From: a virus
Taxonomy: Duplodnaviria; Heunggongvirae; Uroviricota; Caudoviricetes
Direction: 5' to 3' (one strand)
Length of the DNA: 10,552 bases
Virus record (IMG/VR): IMGVR_UViG_2684622669_000011
This document shows, in pieces, positions 6,828 to 10,552 of this stretch. The notes under the pieces were generated by a model. It was not told the origin of the DNA. It did no database searches and saw only the letters and a program-made list of their open reading frames with translations. Every line of letters begins with the position of its first letter. Within the stretch, counting starts at the first letter, position 1. Made by a program: the position numbers and the translations under genes.

Positions 6828-8929
6828 TCTTACCGGAAGGTTTTGTGCTCGATGAACAACCTGATAACTCACAGTTTCCTGATAGTTCACAGCTTCCTGA
6901 TGGTTTTGTGCTTGATGCCCAACCAGAACAGCAGCAATCACCTTTGGTTTCACCAGAGGAAAATTCCAGACAGGAAAATGTTGTTAATAATGCTAACGGT
7001 TTCGACCGTTTTATGTATGGCGTTCTCAGTGGATTGATGGATGTTGGTAAAGGTGTTGGCCTGTTTCAGGATATGACACCAGAAGAGCAAGCAGCAATTC
7101 AGTCTCTACAGCAGAAGTTAGCGGCAAAACCATCAACCGCACAAGATGTTGGTGAGTTCGTTGGACAAGCAGCGCCATTTGTTAGTGGTGGTGGGATTAT
7201 TTCTCAGGTTCCCAAAGGGGCGGCAAGACTGGCTGCCGCCGCAGGGCTTGGTGCTGGAGAAGGGGCTATTGTAGCCAATGGAACAAATAGCGATGTTGCT
7301 TCCGGCGCTGCTATTGGCGCTGTGGCTGGCCCTGTAGCCGAACTTGCTGGCCCTGCAATTAATAAAATAGCTGGGAAATTAACCAAGAAGAATGTTTCTT
7401 CGATTCCAGATATTGAGGGGATTACTCCTGCCGAAGAGAAAATTCGTAAGTTATCTGCACAAGGCAACCCAAATCTTGCCTCTTCGCTTGAAGGGCTAGA
7501 TCTAAAACCTCAGAAAGAAATTGTTGAGGCTGCAAATAGGCTTCATGTTGATTCAGTTCTTCCTTCTCATTTATCAGGAAATGAGCAATACCAAGCTGTA
7601 GAGCAAGCCCTAAAGTCACGGACAGGATCAGCGTTAAAAGCTCAAGAAGATAAAGCAATAAGCGAATTAGCCTCTAGTGCTGGCAAGATAATCGATGATG
7701 TTGCTGGTGCGCCAGATGCGTTAGCTATGAGCGAAAAATATATTTATCAGATAAATAGTAGAATGGAAGCACTAAAAAACCGTAGTGATCAGTTATATAA
7801 ACGTGTTGATTCCGCTCTATCACCAAGAACAAAAGTCGAAGCAAATAACACAAGCACTATGCTGGAAAAAATCGCTGATGATTTAGGAGGGTGGGATAAT
7901 CTTGACCCAATAGAAAAGCGAGTTTTTACAGCAATAAACCCCGGCCCAGATAGCATCCTAACGTATGCAAATTTAAACAGGCAAAGGCGTTTAGTTGGTG
8001 ATGCCCTAAATAAAAAGCAGGGGCCATACAAAGATGCTGATAAAGAAGCGCTATCAAGACTATATGGAGCTTTAGCTGAAGACCAAAAATCTGTCTTATC
8101 CAATACTGGATACTTGCGAGATTTCGAAGTCGCACAACGCCTTGTAGCTATGAGAAAAAACTTAGAAAGGCAAATGGTAAATCTTCGCGGGAAAACACTT
8201 AATGGGGATATAGCGTATAAAGTAACGAATTCTCTTCAATCTATGGCAAAAGGTGATGCGAGAGGGTTTCGTGAGATTATGCAAAATACTCCATCAAGAA
8301 CATTGCGAAGGGAGCTAGTAGGAACAGCATTAAGAGATATGCTTTCCTCTGGGAAGCGTGGGGCCGACTTTAATCCATCTGGCTTTGCAGATTGGTGGCA
8401 AAACTTGCAACACAGTGGACAGCTAAAGACTTTGGCTGAACATTTGCCAAAAGAAACAATGAGCGGACTATATGATGTATACAAAGTTGCCAGAGCAATA
8501 AAAAATGCTAAAGCGCATGAAATATCTACTGGTAAGCTGAATGAGTTTGTAAACAGATTTAATCGGGTAACAGCTCCATACGAACTAGCAGCAAAACACA
8601 TTCAAAAAATAGGCACGATGGTAGGCGCTCATTTTGGATCGCTTGGAGCCATTGCTGGGGCTGATATTGGAGCAAGATTGGCGAGTAAAGCTCGATTAGC
8701 TGGTGGAGCAGGGGCGGCTGATGCTGCGGATAAATTAATTGCCTCGCCAGCCTTCCAGAGCGCAGTAAAAAATCTACACGGAAAAGCGCCTGGGCACATT
8801 GTTGATTCACGTATCAGGCGCTCCCCTCAATGGAAGAGTTTTTTTAACTCTCTTCCTGAACAGGAAAAACGGACCATCGCCAGACTGGGCATCATTACTT
8901 GGCTATCTAATGATCCAGATAATGACTAG
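6812..8929 (+). CDS. Hypothetical large protein, 705 aa, with an N-terminal tandem repeat (LPEGFVLDEQ / PDNSQF / PDSSQL / PDGFVLDAQ), two Gly/Ala-rich glycine-zipper-like segments and an AT-rich central region.
   Basis: ATG 6812 with an AGGA SD (6801-6804); overlaps the stop of the upstream gene, indicating coupling. No Walker A, HExxH or other catalytic signature seen. Gly/Ala-rich stretches at residues about 118-189 (nt 7163-7378) and 599-642 (nt 8606-8737). Stop TAG 8927-8929. Confidence 0.85.
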   Translation: MAANVILPEGFVLDEQPDNSQFPDSSQLPDGFVLDAQPEQQQSPLVSPEENSRQENVVNNANGFDRFMYGVLSGLMDVGKGVGLFQDMTPEEQAAIQSLQQKLAAKPSTAQDVGEFVGQAAPFVSGGGIISQVPKGAARLAAAAGLGAGEGAIVANGTNSDVASGAAIGAVAGPVAELAGPAINKIAGKLTKKNVSSIPDIEGITPAEEKIRKLSAQGNPNLASSLEGLDLKPQKEIVEAANRLHVDSVLPSHLSGNEQYQAVEQALKSRTGSALKAQEDKAISELASSAGKIIDDVAGAPDALAMSEKYIYQINSRMEALKNRSDQLYKRVDSALSPRTKVEANNTSTMLEKIADDLGGWDNLDPIEKRVFTAINPGPDSILTYANLNRQRRLVGDALNKKQGPYKDADKEALSRLYGALAEDQKSVLSNTGYLRDFEVAQRLVAMRKNLERQMVNLRGKTLNGDIAYKVTNSLQSMAKGDARGFREIMQNTPSRTLRRELVGTALRDMLSSGKRGADFNPSGFADWWQNLQHSGQLKTLAEHLPKETMSGLYDVYKVARAIKNAKAHEISTGKLNEFVNRFNRVTAPYELAAKHIQKIGTMVGAHFGSLGAIAGADIGARLASKARLAGGAGAADAADKLIASPAFQSAVKNLHGKAPGHIVDSRIRRSPQWKSFFNSLPEQEKRTIARLGIITWLSNDPDND
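6860..6895 (+). repeat. In-frame 18-bp tandem repeat (two units plus a partial third) inside the 5' end of the 705-aa gene.
   Basis: CCTGATAACTCACAGTTT (6860-6877) followed by CCTGATAGTTCACAGCTT (6878-6895) and CCTGATGG; bracketed by the 16-bp direct repeat GGTTTTGTGCT(C/T)GATG at 6837-6852 and 6901-6916. Confidence 0.7.
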
Positions 8930-8948
8930 TGAATGGCCACGGATGGCC

Positions 8949-9374
8949 TCAATCTTTATTCTTTGAAATAGAGTCATTGATCTTTTCGAAACACCAATGA
9001 AATCCACAAAAGAGAGCTACACCAATATAACAATACAAAACTATCAACCACCTTTCAGTGTCCGAAGGGTAAAAAACATCAATTACATAAGCAACACCAA
9101 TTGGTATTAATGCTAGTAATAACATCGACACAGGACGTACAAACTTCTGAACTATATCAATTTTATAGAACCACAAGGCGGTATGTTTAATGATATAAGT
9201 AAAGATGGCTGCGCCAATAATGGCAAAAAACACCATCGATAAAGTCGGGTATAACTTTGCGACAATTAAACCCAACAAAATAATTATAACTGCCTGCCCC
9301 CTCACACCAACCCTCCCTTTAGCTTTGTTTAGAATGGCAATCATCATATATCCAAGACATGGCATTTGGTACAT
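8949..9374 (-). CDS. Small multi-pass membrane protein (141 aa from ATG 9374, or about 118 aa from GTG 9305), convergent with the 705-aa gene.
   Basis: Translation has three to four strongly hydrophobic helices (VIIILLGLIVAKL, MVFFAIIGAAIFTYII, VSMLLLALIPIGVAYVI, WLIVLYCYIGVALFCGF). No SD before ATG 9374, but a strong AAGGGAGGG (9312-9320) precedes the in-frame GTG 9305 at 6-nt spacing. Very AT-rich. Confidence 0.6.
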   Translation of the reverse strand: MYQMPCLGYMMIAILNKAKGRVGVRGQAVIIILLGLIVAKLYPTLSMVFFAIIGAAIFTYIIKHTALWFYKIDIVQKFVRPVSMLLLALIPIGVAYVIDVFYPSDTERWLIVLYCYIGVALFCGFHWCFEKINDSISKNKD

Positions 9375-9522
9375 AGCTTGGGTCGGGATTTCAAATCCGC
9401 TCCCCGTTGATGGGGCCGTTACAGTACGCGCATATCCTCTTTATGTGAAACAGGAAGATTTTTCTGATATCACTGCCACAGCAAAACACCAATTTCGTGA
9501 CCAGTACGCGCGCGAGGGGTAT

Positions 9523-9546
9523 CAGTTGCAAAAAATTTTGCAACTG
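9523..9546. promoter_or_regulatory. Candidate operator: perfect 11-bp inverted repeat with a 2-bp spacer.
   Basis: CAGTTGCAAAA (9523-9533), spacer AA, TTTTGCAACTG (9536-9546); flanked by the 11-bp direct repeats GACCAGTACGC at 9499-9509 and 9552-9562. Lies in the non-coding region upstream of the minus-strand membrane gene. Confidence 0.5.
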
Positions 9547-9828
9547 CGTCCGACCAGTACGCACACGATGGCGGGGAGCACCATAAAACTGTTCTCTACA
9601 TAAGACAGAGTGGTGGTGATGTGTTGATTATCGGCGTATATGCGCACAGGACGCGCTATGACGATGTTTTATGCGGGTACACCAATCACATGTATCTGGT
9701 GTGATCAATCGCGTTACATGACATCTCATGTTGTGCTGGTGATTATCACGACGTTCTGAATCTGGCCTTTGCCTGATATTTTGCGACAAGTACGCGCGCG
9801 TAGCATCGACAGCATACACATTGGATAT

Positions 9829-10029
9829 TCATTTTGTGACCAATGCGATAAGTAGCGGGATAAGAATTGATAAAATCAACAGGACGATGATCCACTTTTG
9901 ATTCTCGTCCATCTTATCTGCTAGGCGACGCTCCATTCCGTGCATATCACCGCGAATGGCAATCATCTCATTGCGAACATCCGAGAAGTGGTTGGCTTGA
10001 TGTTCAATGTGTGGCGTTCTGCCTTTCAT
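9829..10029 (-). CDS. Small tail-anchored membrane protein, 66 aa: charged, predicted helical N-terminus and a single C-terminal transmembrane helix (topology like XhlA-type phage membrane proteins).
   Basis: ATG 10029 preceded by GAGGA at about 6-nt spacing; translation ends in WIIVLLILSILIPLLIALVTK after a charged segment (VRNEMIAIRGDMHGMERRLADKMDENQK). Confidence 0.65.
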   Translation of the reverse strand: MKGRTPHIEHQANHFSDVRNEMIAIRGDMHGMERRLADKMDENQKWIIVLLILSILIPLLIALVTK

Positions 10030-10108
10030 GTCTGATCCTCACCTATCGTCACCACCTGCTGGTGTATAAAGGTATTAGCCCAAGCAGCTTTCCAATGGGC
10101 ACTCATGT

Positions 10109-10552
10109 TTATACGCTGACCTTACAATCAATCACCGCTTTTAACTTTTCAGCATTGCTTCCCTGACGCTTCCACGCGCTGTAAATATCTTTATCCCACG
10201 CTTTACCAGCTTTTGTTTGATAGCCTGCTTCATTGATCCGTTCAGCTATCACACGCCCATTATCAAATCCCTGTTGGATGGTATCGGCAATGATCTTTAT
10301 AACTGCCGTTTCGTTATATGGTTTTGGTGGGATGTTCGGCTTTCCGGCAATAAGCGACGCAGCGGCTTTTTCCATGCGCTCCACCAGCCCAAGCATTCGT
10401 GAATCAATAGACTTTTCCGGCTGCCCCAGCTTCATGCGAATCGCATCAACAAGCCAAGAGGTTTTATCTCCTCCAGAAGCGAGAACAGACCGATTAAACT
10501 CATCCTGCAATTCAGATGGGATGCGGAACGCGATCAGATTAGATTTGCTCAT
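10109..10552 (-). CDS. Putative DNA-binding protein, 147 aa: ribbon-helix-helix-like N-terminus plus a C-terminal motif reminiscent of the recombinase-type HTH. Its start codon coincides with the last base of the window.
   Basis: N-terminus MSKSNLIAFRIPSELQDEFNRSV fits the RHH beta-strand/helix pattern; C-terminal INEAGYQTKAGKAWDKDIYSAWKR resembles the LN-x-G-x2-T-x2-G-x-W motif of serine-recombinase DNA-binding domains (from memory, not searched). The upstream region is outside the window, so the true start cannot be confirmed. Confidence 0.65.
   Translation of the reverse strand: MSKSNLIAFRIPSELQDEFNRSVLASGGDKTSWLVDAIRMKLGQPEKSIDSRMLGLVERMEKAAASLIAGKPNIPPKPYNETAVIKIIADTIQQGFDNGRVIAERINEAGYQTKAGKAWDKDIYSAWKRQGSNAEKLKAVIDCKVSV

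Noticed and set aside
6812-8929. ATPase, helicase, lytic-transglycosylase or tail-fibre assignment for the 705-aa protein.
   Set aside because: No G-x4-GK[ST] P-loop, no recognisable catalytic motif and no collagen-like or beta-helix repeat pattern was visible; left as unknown pending profile searches.
8935-8948. GGCC-ACGGAT-GGCC as a bidirectional terminator between the convergent 705-aa and membrane-protein genes.
   Set aside because: Only a 4-bp stem, with no adjacent U-run on either strand; too weak to call.
9380-9420. tRNA 3'-end-like or att-like sequence (GGGATTTCAAATCC resembling a T-loop).
   Set aside because: The flanking bases cannot form a T-stem or acceptor stem and there is no CCA-proximal structure; it is a simple 6-1-6 palindrome. 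No tRNA gene is called in the window.
9205-9819. ORFs 9205-9603 (+) and 9628-9819 (-) in the repeat-rich region.
   Set aside because: The first is antisense to the membrane-protein gene and then runs through palindromes and repeats; the second has no SD and covers the repeat family. The region is better explained as non-coding cis-acting DNA.
1-10552. Canonical P4 late genes (sid, delta/ogr, psu), an integrase and an AlpA-type excisionase.
   Set aside because: No ORF shows an Ogr/Delta C-x2-C...C-x4-C zinc finger or tyrosine-recombinase motifs; the 245-aa ORF has Sid-like length but not its helical, Cys-poor character. Absence from this window does not exclude their presence outside it.

Overview
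This window reads as part of an enterobacterial satellite-type mobile element (P4-like or PICI-like replication module); it is not a housekeeping region. All calls come from reading the sequence and the supplied ORF track; no database search was run. On the + strand, three short translationally coupled ORFs (51-1315) lead into a 756-aa primase-helicase (1302-3569) with a zinc-ribbon, a Toprim-like core and a P-loop helicase domain. An iteron-type origin follows directly (two 20-bp direct repeats flanking an AT-rich spacer, 3599-3703), then two small genes (3746-4703) and a second iteron cluster in mixed orientation (4710-4812). After a long structured non-coding stretch ending in a strong intrinsic terminator (5178-5210), there is an accessory operon of three coupled genes: 57 aa, about 447 aa (Gln/Asn/Ala-rich) and 705 aa (N-terminal tandem repeat plus Gly/Ala-rich segments). 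I could assign none of the three to a known family, and they are my main candidate for an undescribed system. A convergent AT-rich membrane-protein gene (8949-9374, - strand) follows, then a 450-bp repeat-dense non-coding region that includes a degenerate P2/P4 cos-like motif, and two - strand genes at the right edge (a 66-aa tail-anchored protein and a 147-aa putative DNA-binding protein). I found no rRNA, tRNA, CRISPR array, IS element or integrase in the window, so the element boundaries cannot be set.
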